DNA from: the human T2T-CHM13v2.0 reference genome, Homo sapiens
DNA: 64,000 nt
NCBI RefSeq assembly: GCF_009914755.1
Contig: NC_060927.1
Direction: 5' to 3' (one strand)
Shown: positions 1-11,600 of the stretch, one piece after another
Layout of the letters: every line of letters starts with the position of its first letter
Position numbering within the stretch: the first letter of the stretch is position 1
Position numbers and translations under genes: made by a program
The notes under the pieces: generated by a model
What the model saw: the letters and a program-made list of their open reading frames with translations, nothing else
Told to the model about the DNA's origin: nothing
Databases searched by the model: none

Positions 1-293
1 TCTACAAAGAGACTGTTTCATAACTGCTCTATAGGAAGAAAGGTTCAACTCTGTGAGTTGAATGCAGAGATCACAACGTGGTTTCTGCGAATGATTCTTT
101 GTAGTTTTTACATGAAGATATTTCGTTGTCAACCGTAGGCTTCAAAGCACTCAAAGTATTCACTTGGAACTTTTACAAAAAGAGTGTTAGAAAACTGCTC
201 TTTCCAAAGTAAGGTTCAACTCTGTGAGTTGAATGCACACATAACAATCAAGAAGTTTCTGAGAATTCTTCTGTCCTGGTTTATATGAAGAAA

Positions 294-310
294 TCCCGTT
301 TCCTACGAAG
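294..310 (-). other. CENP-B box 1 (core intact; tri-allelic T/A/G at offset 304); recurs every 2891 bp
   Basis: tcccgtttcctacgaag is the reverse complement of NTTCGNNNNANNCGGGN with all 9 core bases present. Confidence 0.9.
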
Positions 311-631
311 GCCTCAAAGACGTTTAAATATCCACTTGCAGACTTCACAAACAGAGGGTTTCCAAACTGCTCTATGAAAAGAAAGGTTAAACTCTGTGAG
401 TTGAACGCACACATCACAAAGTAGCTTCTGAGAATGATACTGTCTAGTTTTTATACGAAGATATTTCCTTTCTACCATTGGCGTCAAAGCGCTAGAATTC
501 TCCACTTGCAAATTCCACAAAAAGAGTGTTTCCAATCTGCTCTGTCTAAAGGAAGGTTCAACTCTGTGAGTTGAATACACACACACAAAGAAGCTACTGA
601 GAATTCTTTTGTCAAGAATTACAAGAAGAAA

Positions 632-648
632 TCCCGTTTCCAACGAAG
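632..648 (-). other. CENP-B box 2 (canonical); recurs every 2891 bp
   Basis: tcccgtttccaacgaag is the exact reverse complement of CTTCGTTGGAAACGGGA. Confidence 0.95.
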
Positions 649-972
649 GCCTCAAAGAGTTCCAAATATCCACTTGCACACTGCACAAACTAAGTCTTTC
701 CAAACTGCTCTATGCAAAGAAATGTTCAACTCTGTGAGTTTAATACACACATCACAAAGCAGTTTCTGAGAATGATACTGTCTAGTTTTTATACGAAGAT
801 ATTTCCTTTTGTACCATTGGCCTCATACTGCTAGAATTTTCCACTTGCAAATTCCACAAAAAGAGAGTTTCCAATCCGCTCTGTCTAAAGGAAGGTTCAA
901 CTCTCTGATTTGAATACATACATCCTAAAAGAAGTTACTGAGAATTCTTCTGTCTAGCATTATGTGAAGAAA

Positions 973-989
973 TCCCGTTTCCAACGAAT
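973..989 (-). other. CENP-B box 3 (core intact except in copies 19 and 20)
   Basis: tcccgtttccaacgaa(t/a); the last base is polymorphic and non-core. Confidence 0.92.
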
Positions 990-1313
990 GCCTCAAAGAG
1001 GTCCAAATATCCAGTTGCAGAATTTACAAACTGACTGTTTCCAAACTCATCTATGAAAAGAAAGGTTAAACTCTGGGAGTTGAATGCACATATCACAAAG
1101 TAGTTCCTGAGAATGATTCTGTCTAGTTTTTATACGAAGATATTTCCTTTTCCACCAATGGCCTCAAAGTGCTTGAAATCTCCCCTTGCAAATTCCACAG
1201 ACAAGTGTTTCAAATCTGCACTGTCTAAAGGAAGGTTCAACCCTGTGAGTTGAATACACACACACAGAAAAAAATTCACTGAGAATTCTATTGTCTATCA
1301 TTACACGAAGAAA

Positions 1314-1330
1314 TCCCGTTTACTACGAAG
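1314..1330 (-). other. CENP-B box 4 (variant; core intact)
   Basis: tcccgtttactacgaag has two substitutions, both at N positions of the core pattern. Confidence 0.85.
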
Positions 1331-1652
1331 GCCTCAAAGAGGTCCAAATATCCAGCTGCAGACATTACAAACTGAGTGTTTCCAAAGTGCTCTATGAAAA
1401 GAAGTGTTAAACACTGTGAGTTCAATGCACACATCCCAAAGCAGTTTCTGAGAATGATTCCGTCTATTTTTTCTACGAAGATATTTCCTTTTCTGCCGTT
1501 GGCCTCAAAGCGCTTGAAATCTCCACTTGCAAATTCCACAAAAAGAGAGTTTCAAATCTGCTCTGTCTAAAGGAAGGTTCAACTCTGTGAGTTGAATACA
1601 CACCACAAAAAGAAGTTACTGAGAATTCTTCTGTCTAGCATTATATGAAAAA

Positions 1653-1669
1653 TCCCGTTTCCAACGAAG
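1653..1669 (-). other. CENP-B box 5 (canonical)
   Basis: tcccgtttccaacgaag. Confidence 0.95.
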
Positions 1670-1910
1670 GCCACAAAGAGGTCCAAATATCCACTTGCAG
1701 ATTCTGCAAGAAGAGTGTTTCCAAACTGCTCTATGAAAAGAAACGTTAAACTCTGTGAGTTGAACGCAAACATCACAAAGTAGTTTCTGAGAATGACTCC
1801 GTCTAGTTTTTATACGAAGATATTTCCTTTCCTACCATTCACTTCAAAGCGCTTGAAGTCTCCCCCTGAAAATTCCACAAAAAGTGTTTCCAATCTGCTC
1901 CGCCTAAAGG

Positions 1911-1916
1911 AAGCTT
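1911..1916. other. Single HindIII site per HOR (gives a 2.9-kb restriction periodicity)
   Basis: aagctt within ggaagcttcaac, where related monomers have ggaaggttcaac. I saw no other HindIII site in the unit. Confidence 0.85.
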
Positions 1917-1990
1917 CAACTCTGTGACTTGAATACCCACAACCCAAAGAAGTTACTGAGAATTCTTCTGTCTAGCATTATATGAAGAAA

Positions 1991-2007
1991 TCCCGTTTCC
2001 AACGAAG
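1991..2007 (-). other. CENP-B box 6 (canonical)
   Basis: tcccgtttccaacgaag. Confidence 0.95.
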
Positions 2008-2329
2008 GCCTCAAATACATCCAAATATCCAGTTGCTGACTTTACAAACTGAGTGTTTCCAAACTGCTCTATGAAAAGAAAGGTTAAACACTGTGAGTTG
2101 AACACACACGTACCAAAGTAGTTTCTGAGAATGATTCTGTCTAGTTTGCATACGAAGATATTTCCTTTTCTACCATTGGCCTCAAAGCTCTGAAATCTCC
2201 ACTTGCAAATTCCACAAAAAGAGAGTTTCAAATCTGCTGTTTCTAAAGGAAAGTTCAACTCTGAGAGTTGAATACACACCAGAAAAAGCAGTTACTGAGA
2301 AGTCTTCTGTCTAGCATTATATGAAGAAA

Positions 2330-2346
2330 TCCCATTTCCAACGAAG
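2330..2346 (-). other. Degenerate CENP-B box 7 (core CpG to CpA), fixed in all full copies
   Basis: tcccAtttccaacgaag lacks the core CGGG. The same allele is at 5221, 8112 ... 63041. Confidence 0.9.
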
Positions 2347-2670
2347 ACTTCAAAGAGGTCCAAATATCCACTTGCAGATTCTGCAAAAAGAGTGTTTCGA
2401 AACAACTGTATGAAAAGAAAGGTTAAACACTGTGAGTTGAACGCACACATTGCAAAGCAGTTTCTGAGAATGATTCCGTCTAATTATTATACGAAGGTAT
2501 TTCCTTTTCTATCATTGGCCTCAAAGCGCTTGATACCTCCACCTGAAAATTCCACAAAAAGAGTGTTTCCAATCTACTCTGTCTAAAGGAACGTTCAACT
2601 CTGTGAGTTGAATACACACACACAGAAAGAATTCACTGAGAATTCTTCTGTCTGGCATTACGTGAAGAAA

Positions 2671-2687
2671 TCCCGTTTCCAACGAAG
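2671..2687 (-). other. CENP-B box 8 (canonical)
   Basis: tcccgtttccaacgaag. Confidence 0.95.
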
Positions 2688-2841
2688 GCCTCAAAGAGGT
2701 CCAAATATCCACTTGCAGATTCTGCAAAAAGAGTGTTTCAAAACCGCTCCATTAAAAGGAATGTTGAACTCTGTGAGTTGAATGCAAACATCACAACTCA
2801 GTTTCTGAGAATGCTTCTGACTAGATTTTATGGTAAGATAT

Positions 2842-2858
2842 TTCCTTTTCTACCGTAG
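2842..2858. other. pJ-alpha-like (A-box) motif in an atypical A-type monomer
   Basis: ttccttttctaccgtag is one mismatch from the recalled pJ-alpha consensus TTCCTTTTYCACCRTAG. The regular A monomers carry ttccttttctaccattg-like sequence at the same position. Confidence 0.7.
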
Positions 2859-5800
2859 GCTTCAATGCCCTCTAAATACACCCTTGCAAATTCTACAAAG
2901 AGACTGTTTCATAACTGCTCTATAGGAAGAAAGGTTCAACTCTGTGAGTTGAATGCAGAGATCACAACGTGGTTTCTGCGAATGATTCTTTGTAGTTTTT
3001 ACATGAAGATATTTCGTTGTCAACCGTAGGCTTCAAAGCACTCAAAGTATTCACTTGGAACTTTTACAAAAAGAGTGTTAGAAAACTGCTCTTTCCAAAG
3101 TAAGGTTCAACTCTGTGAGTTGAATGCACACATAACAATCAAGAAGTTTCTGAGAATTCTTCTGTCCTGGTTTATATGAAGAAATCCCGTTTCCTACGAA
3201 GGCCTCAAAGACGTTTAAATATCCACTTGCAGACTTCACAAACAGAGGGTTTCCAAACTGCTCTATGAAAAGAAAGGTTAAACTCTGTGAGTTGAACGCA
3301 CACATCACAAAGTAGCTTCTGAGAATGATACTGTCTAGTTTTTATACGAAGATATTTCCTTTCTACCATTGGCGTCAAAGCGCTAGAATTCTCCACTTGC
3401 AAATTCCACAAAAAGAGTGTTTCCAATCTGCTCTGTCTAAAGGAAGGTTCAACTCTGTGAGTTGAATACACACACACAAAGAAGCTACTGAGAATTCTTT
3501 TGTCAAGAATTACAAGAAGAAATCCCGTTTCCAACGAAGGCCTCAAAGAGTTCCAAATATCCACTTGCACACTGCACAAACTAAGTCTTTCCAAACTGCT
3601 CTATGCAAAGAAATGTTCAACTCTGTGAGTTTAATACGCACATCACAAAGCAGTTTCTGAGAATGATACTGTCTAGTTTTTATACGAAGATATTTCCTTT
3701 TGTACCATTGGCCTCATACTGCTAGAATTTTCCACTTGCAAATTCCACAAAAAGAGAGTTTCCAATCCGCTCTGTCTAAAGGAAGGTTCAACTCTCTGAT
3801 TTGAATACATACATCCTAAAAGAAGTTACTGAGAATTCTTCTGTCTAGCATTATGTGAAGAAATCCCGTTTCCAACGAATGCCTCAAAGAGGTCCAAATA
3901 TCCAGTTGCAGAATTTACAAACTGACTGTTTCCAAACTCATCTATGAAAAGAAAGGTTAAACTCTGGGAGTTGAATGCACATATCACAAAGTAGTTCCTG
4001 AGAATGATTCTGTCTAGTTTTTATACGAAGATATTTCCTTTTCCACCAATGGCCTCAAAGTGCTTGAAATCTCCCCTTGCAAATTCCACAGACAAGTGTT
4101 TCAAATCTGCACTGTCTAAAGGAAGGTTCAACCCTGTGAGTTGAATACACACACACAGAAAAAAATTCACTGAGAATTCTATTGTCTATCATTACACGAA
4201 GAAATCCCGTTTACTACGAAGGCCTCAAAGAGGTCCAAATATCCAGCTGCAGACATTACAAACTGAGTGTTTCCAAAGTGCTCTATGAAAAGAAGTGTTA
4301 AACACTGTGAGTTCAATGCACACATCCCAAAGCAGTTTCTGAGAATGATTCCGTCTATTTTTTCTACGAAGATATTTCCTTTTCTGCCGTTGGCCTCAAA
4401 GCGCTTGAAATCTCCACTTGCAAATTCCACAAAAAGAGAGTTTCAAATCTGCTCTGTCTAAAGGAAGGTTCAACTCTGTGAGTTGAATACACACCACAAA
4501 AAGAAGTTACTGAGAATTCTTCTGTCTAGCATTATATGAAAAATCCCGTTTCCAACGAAGGCCACAAAGAGGTCCAAATATCCACTTGCAGATTCTGCAA
4601 GAAGAGTGTTTCCAAACTGCTCTATGAAAAGAAACGTTAAACTCTGTGAGTTGAACGCAAACATCACAAAGTAGTTTCTGAGAATGACTCCGTCTAGTTT
4701 TTATACGAAGATATTTCCTTTCCTACCATTCACTTCAAAGCGCTTGAAGTCTCCCCCTGAAAATTCCACAAAAAGTGTTTCCAATCTGCTCCGCCTAAAG
4801 GAAGCTTCAACTCTGTGACTTGAATACCCACAACCCAAAGAAGTTACTGAGAATTCTTCTGTCTAGCATTATATGAAGAAATCCCGTTTCCAACGAAGGC
4901 CTCAAATACATCCAAATATCCAGTTGCTGACTTTACAAACTGAGTGTTTCCAAACTGCTCTATGAAAAGAAAGGTTAAACACTGTGAGTTGAACACACAC
5001 GTACCAAAGTAGTTTCTGAGAATGATTCTGTCTAGTTTGCATACGAAGATATTTCCTTTTCTACCATTGGCCTCAAAGCTCTGAAATCTCCACTTGCAAA
5101 TTCCACAAAAAGAGAGTTTCAACTCTGCTGTTTCTAAAGGAAAGTTCAACTCTGAGAGTTGAATACACACCAGAAAAAGCAGTTACTGAGAAGTCTTCTG
5201 TCTAGCATTATATGAAGAAATCCCATTTCCAACGAAGACTTCAAAGAGGTCCAAATATCCACTTGCAGATTCTGCAAAAAGAGTGTTTCGAAACAACTGT
5301 ATGAAAAGAAAGGTTAAACACTGTGAGTTGAACGCACACATTGCAAAGCAGTTTCTGAGAATGATTCCGTCTAATTATTATACGAAGGTATTTCCTTTTC
5401 TATCATTGGCCTCAAAGCGCTTGATACCTCCACCTGAAAATTCCACAAAAAGAGTGTTTCCAATCTACTCTGTCTAAAGGAACGTTCAACTCTGTGAGTT
5501 GAATACACACACACAGAAAGAATTCACTGAGAATTCTTCTGTCTGGCATTACGTGAAGAAATCCCGTTTCCAACGAAGGCCTCAAAGAGGTCCAAATATC
5601 CACTTGCAGATTCTGCAAAAAGAGTGTTTCAAAACCGCTCCATTAAAAGGAATGTTGAACTCTGTGAGTTGAATGCAAACATCACAACTCAGTTTCTGAG
5701 AATGCTTCTGACTAGATTTTATGGTAAGATATTTCCTTTTCTACCGTAGGCTTCAATGCCCTCTAAATACACCCTTGCAAATTCTACAAAGAGACTGTTT

Positions 5801-8673
5801 CATAACTGCTCTATAGGAAGAAAGGTTCAACTCTGTGAGTTGAATGCAGAGATCACAACGTGGTTTCTGCGAATGATTCTTTGTAGTTTTTACATGAAGA
5901 TATTTCGTTGTCAACCGTAGGCTTCAAAGCACTCAAAGTATTCACTTGGAACTTTTACAAAAAGAGTGTTAGAAAACTGCTCTTTCCAAAGTAAGGTTCA
6001 ACTCTGTGAGTTGAATGCACACATAACAATCAAGAAGTTTCTGAGAATTCTTCTGTCCTGGTTTATATGAAGAAATCCCGTTTCCTACGAAGGCCTCAAA
6101 GACGTTTAAATATCCACTTGCAGACTTCACAAACAGAGGGTTTCCAAACTGCTCTATGAAAAGAAAGGTTAAACTCTGTGAGTTGAACGCACACATCACA
6201 AAGTAGCTTCTGAGAATGATACTGTCTAGTTTTTATACGAAGATATTTCCTTTCTACCATTGGCGTCAAAGCGCTAGAATTCTCCACTTGCAAATTCCAC
6301 AAAAAGAGTGTTTCCAATCTGCTCTGTCTAAAGGAAGGTTCAACTCTGTGAGTTGAATACACACACACAAAGAAGCTACTGAGAATTCTTTTGTCAAGAA
6401 TTACAAGAAGAAATCCCGTTTCCAACGAAGGCCTCAAAGAGTTCCAAATATCCACTTGCACACTGCACAAACTAAGTCTTTCCAAACTGCTCTATGCAAA
6501 GAAATGTTCAACTCTGTGAGTTTAATACGCACATCACAAAGCAGTTTCTGAGAATGATACTGTCTAGTTTTTATACGAAGATATTTCCTTTTGTACCATT
6601 GGCCTCATACTGCTAGAATTTTCCACTTGCAAATTCCACAAAAAGAGTGTTTCCAATCCGCTCTGTCTAAAGGAAGGTTCAACACTCTGATTTGAATACA
6701 TACATCCCAAAAGAAGTTACTGAGAATTCTTCTGTCTAGCATTATGTGAAGAAATCCCGTTTCCAACGAAAGCCTCAAAGAGGTCCAAATATCCAGTTGC
6801 AGAATTTACAAACTGACTGTTTCCAAACTCATCTATGAAAAGAAAGGTTAAACTCTGTGAGTTGAATGCACATATCACAAAGTAGTTCCTGAGAATGATT
6901 CTGTCTAGTTTTCATACGAAGATATTTCCTTTTCCACCAATGGCCTCAAAGTGCTTGAAATCTCCCCTTGCAAATTCCACAGACAAGTGTTTCAAATCTG
7001 CACTGTCTAAAGGAAGGTTCAACCCTGTGAGTTGAATACACACACACAGAAAAAAATTCACTGAGAATTCTATTGTCTATCATTACACGAAGAAATCCCG
7101 TTTACTACGAAGGCCTCAAAGAGGTCCAAATATCCAGCTGCAGACATTACAAACTGAGTGTTTCCAAAGTGCTCTATGAAAAGAAGTGTTAAACACTGTG
7201 AGTTCAATGCACACATCCCAAAGCAGTTTCTGAGAATGATTCCGTCTATTTTTTCTACGAAGATATTTCCTTTTCTGCCGTTGGCCTCAAAGCGCTTGAA
7301 ATCTCCACTTGCAAATTCCACAAAAAGAGAGTTTCAAATCTGCTCTGTCTAAAGGAAGGTTCAACTCTGTGAGTTGAATACACACCACAAAAAGAAGTTA
7401 CTGAGAATTCTTCTGTCTAGCATTATATGAAAAATCCCGTTTCCAACGAAGGCCACAAAGAGGTCCAAATATCCACTTGCAGATTCTGCAAAAAGAGTGT
7501 TTCCAAACTGCTCTATGAAAAGAAACGTTAAACTCTGTGAGTTGAACGCAAACATCACAAAGTAGTTTCTGAGAATGACTCCGTCTAGTTTTTATACGAA
7601 GATATTTCCTTTCCTACCATTCACTTCAAAGCGCTTGAAGTCTCCCCCTGAAAATTCCACAAAAAGTGTTTCCAATCTGCTCCGCCTAAAGGAAGCTTCA
7701 ACTCTGTGACTTGAATACCCACAACCCAAAGAAGTTACTGAGAATTCTTCTGTCTAGCATTATATGAAGAAATCCCGTTTCCAACGAAGGCCTCAAATAC
7801 ATCCAAATATCCAGTTGCTGACTTTACAAACTGAGTGTTTCCAAACTGCTCTATGAAAAGAAAGGTTAAACACTGTGAGTTGAACACACACGTACCAAAG
7901 TAGTTTCTGAGAATGATTCTGTCTAGTTTGCATACGAAGATATTTCCTTTTCTACCATTGGCCTCAAAGCTCTGAAATCTCCACTTGCAAATTCCACAAA
8001 AAGAGAGTTTCAAATCTGCTGTTTCTAAAGGAAAGTTCAACTCTGAGAGTTGAATACACACCAGAAAAAGCAGTTACTGAGAAGTCTTCTGTCTAGCATT
8101 ATATGAAGAAATCCCATTTCCAACGAAGACTTCAAAGAGGTCCAAATATCCACTTGCAGATTCTGCAAAAAGAGTGTTTCGAAACAACTGTATGAAAAGA
8201 AAGGTTAAACACTGTGAGTTGAACGCACACATTGCAAAGCAGTTTCTGAGAATGATTCCGTCTAATTATTATACGAAGGTATTTCCTTTTCTATCATTGG
8301 CCTCAAAGCGCTTGATACCTCCACCTGAAAATTCCACAAAAAGAGTGTTTCCAATCTACTCTGTCTAAAGGAACGTTCAACTCTGTGAGTTGAATACACA
8401 CACACAGAAAGAATTCACTGAGAATTCTTCTGTCTGGCATTACATGAAGAAATCCCGTTTCCAACGAAGGCCTCAAAGAGGTCCAAATATCCACTTGCAG
8501 ATTCTGCAAAAAGAGTGTTTCAAAACCGCTCCATTAAAAGGAATGTTGAACTCTGTGAGTTGAATGCAAACATCACAACTCAGTTGCTGAGAATGCTTCT
8601 GACTAGATTTTATGGTAAGATATTTCCTTTTCTACCGTAGGCTTCAATGCCCTCTAAATACACCCTTGCAAAT

Positions 8674-11600
8674 TCTACAAAGAGACTGTTTCATAACTGC
8701 TCTATAGGAAGAAAGGTGCAACTCTGTGAGTTGAATGCAGAGATCACAACGTGGTTTCTGCGAATGATTCTTTGTAGTTTTTACATGAAGATATTTCGTT
8801 GTCAACCGTAGGCTTCAAAGCACTCAAAGTATTCACTTGGAACTTTTACAAAAAGAGTGTTAGAAAACTGCTCTTTCCAAAGTAAGGTTCAACTCTGTGA
8901 GTTGAATGCACACATAACAATCAAGAAGTTTCTGAGAATTCTTCTGTCCTGGTTTATATGAAGAAATCCCGTTTCCGACGAAGGCCTCAAAGACGTTTAA
9001 ATATCCACTTGCAGACTTCACAAACAGAGGGTTTCCAAACTGCTCTATGAAAAGAAAGGTTAAACTCTGTGAGTTGAACGCACACATCACAAAGTAGCTT
9101 CTGAGAATGATACTGTCTAGTTTTTATACGAAGATATTTCCTTTCTACCATTGGCGTCAAAGCGCTAGAATTCTCCACTTGCAAATTCCACAAAAAGAGT
9201 GTTTCCAATCTGCTCTGTCTAAAGGAAGGTTCAACTCTGTGAGTTGAATACACACACACAAAGAAGCTACTGAGAATTCTTTTGTCAAGAATTACAAGAA
9301 GAAATCCCGTTTCCAACGAAGGCCTCAAAGAGTTCCAAATATCCACTTGCACACTGCACAAACTAAGTCTTTCCAAACTGCTCTATGCAAAGAAATGTTC
9401 AACTCTGTGAGTTTAATACGCACATCACAAAGCAGTTTCTGAGAATGATACTGTCTAGTTTTTATACGAAGATATTTCCTTTTGTACCATTGGCCTCATA
9501 CTGCTAGAATTTTCCACTTGCAAATTCCACAAAAAGAGTGTTTCCAATCCGCTCTGTCTAAAGGAAGGTTCAACTCTCTGATTTGAATACATACATCCCA
9601 AAAGAAGTTCCTGAGAATTCTTCTGTCTAGCATTATGTGAAGAAATCCCGTTTCCAACGAAAGCCTCAAAGAGGTCCAAATATCCAGTTGCAGAATTTAC
9701 AAACTGACTGTTTCCAAACTCATCTATGAAAAGAAAGGTTAAACTCTGGGAGTTGAATGCACATATCACAAAGTAGTTCCTGAGAATGATTCTGTCTAGT
9801 TTTCATACGAAGATATTTCCTTTTCCACCAATGGCCTCAAAGTGCTTGAAATCTCCCCTTGCAAATTCCACAGACAAGTGTTTCAAATCTGCACTGTCTA
9901 AAGGAAGGTTCAACCCTGTGAGTTGAATACACACACACAGAAAAAAATTCACTGAGAATTCTATTGTCTATCATTACACGAAGAAATCCCGTTTACTACG
10001 AAGGCCTCAAAGAGGTCCAAATATCCAGCTGCAGACATTACAAACTGAGTGTTTCCAAAGTGCTCTATGAAAAGAAGTGTTAAACACTGTGAGTTCAATG
10101 CACACATCCCAAAGCAGTTTCTGAGAATGATTCCGTCTATTTTTTCTACGAAGATATTTCCTTTTCTGCCGTTGGCCTCAAAGCGCTTGAAATCTCCACT
10201 TGCAAATTCCACAAAAAGAGAGTTTCAAATCTGCTCTGTCTAAAGGAAGGTTCAACTCTGTGAGTTGAATACACACCACAAAAAGAAGTTACTGAGAATT
10301 CTTCTGTCTAGCATTATATGAAAAATCCCGTTTCCAACGAAGGCCACAAAGAGGTCCAAATATCCACTTGCAGATTCTGCAAAAAGAGTGTTTCCAAACT
10401 GCTCTATGAAAAGAAACGTTAAACTCTGTGAGTTGAACGCAAACATCACAAAGTAGTTTCTGAGAATGACTCCGTCTAGTTTTTATACGAAGATATTTCC
10501 TTTCCTACCATTCACTTCAAAGCGCTTGAAGTCTCCCCCTGAAAATTCCACAAAAAGTGTTTCCAATCTGCTCTGCCTAAAGGAAGCTTCAACTCTGTGA
10601 CTTGAATACCCACAACCCAAAGAAGTTACTGAGAATTCTTCTGTCTAGCATTATATGAAGAAATCCCGTTTCCAACGAAGGCCTCAAATACATCCAAATA
10701 TCCAGTTGCTGACTTTACAAACTGAGTGTTTCCAAACTGCTCTATGAAAAGAAAGGTTAAACACTGTGAGTTGAACACACACGTACCAAAGTAGTTTCTG
10801 AGAATGATTCTGTCTAGTTTGCATACGAAGATATTTCCTTTTCTACCATTGGCCTCAAAGCTCTGAAATCTCCACTTGCAAATTCCACAAAAAGAGAGTT
10901 TCAAATCTGCTGTTTCTAAAGGAAAGTTCAACTCTGAGAGTTGAATACACACCAGAAAAAGCAGTTACTGAGAAGTCTTCTGTCTAGCATTATATGAAGA
11001 AATCCCATTTCCAACGAAGACTTCAAAGAGGTCCAAATATCCACTTGCAGATTCTGCAAAAAGAGTGTTTCGAAACAACTGTATGAAAAGAAAGGTTAAA
11101 CACTGTGAGTTGAACGCACACATTGCAAAGCAGTTTCTGAGAATGATTCCGTCTAATTATTATACGAAGGTATTTCCTTTTCTATCATTGGCCTCAAAGC
11201 GCTTGATACCTCCACCTGAAAATTCCACAAAAAGAGTGTTTCCAATCTACTCTGTCTAAAGGAACGTTCAACTCTGTGAGTTGAATACACACACACAGAA
11301 AGAATTCACTGAGAATTCTTCTGTCTGGCATTACATGAAGAAATCCCGTTTCCAACGAAGGCCTCAAAGAGGTCCAAATATCCACTTGCAGATTCTGCAA
11401 AAAGAGTGTTTCAAAACCGCTCCATTAAAAGGAATGTTGAACTCTGTGAGTTGAATGCAAACATCACAACTCAGTTGCTGAGAATGCTTCTGACTAGATT
11501 TTATGGTAAGATATTTCCTTTTCTACCGTAGGCTTCAATGCCCTCTAAATACACCCTTGCAAATTCTACAAAGAGACTGTTTCATAACTGCTCTATAGGA

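Larger units (their letters stand above)
1..2891 (-). repeat. HOR copy 1 (reference phase for all offsets): 8 B-type + 9 A-type monomers
   Basis: Box-position spacings are 338, 341, 341, 339, 338, 339, 341 and 514, summing to 2891 (seven dimers plus one trimer = 17 monomers). Confidence 0.95.

Noticed and set aside
895-1085. Apparent enrichment of SNVs in the 19-bp dyad (about 7 of ~34 sites)
   Set aside because: Around 4 are expected from length alone, so a by-eye count this small cannot support a hotspot.
1254-1274. (CA)n and poly-A run resembling a microsatellite
   Set aside because: It is a short fixed part of the monomer and appears invariant across copies.
9455-9769. 104-aa ORF present only in copies 4-8 and 11
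   Set aside because: It is created by one SNV (offset 937 A>C) that removes a stop. It is useful as a haplotype marker only.
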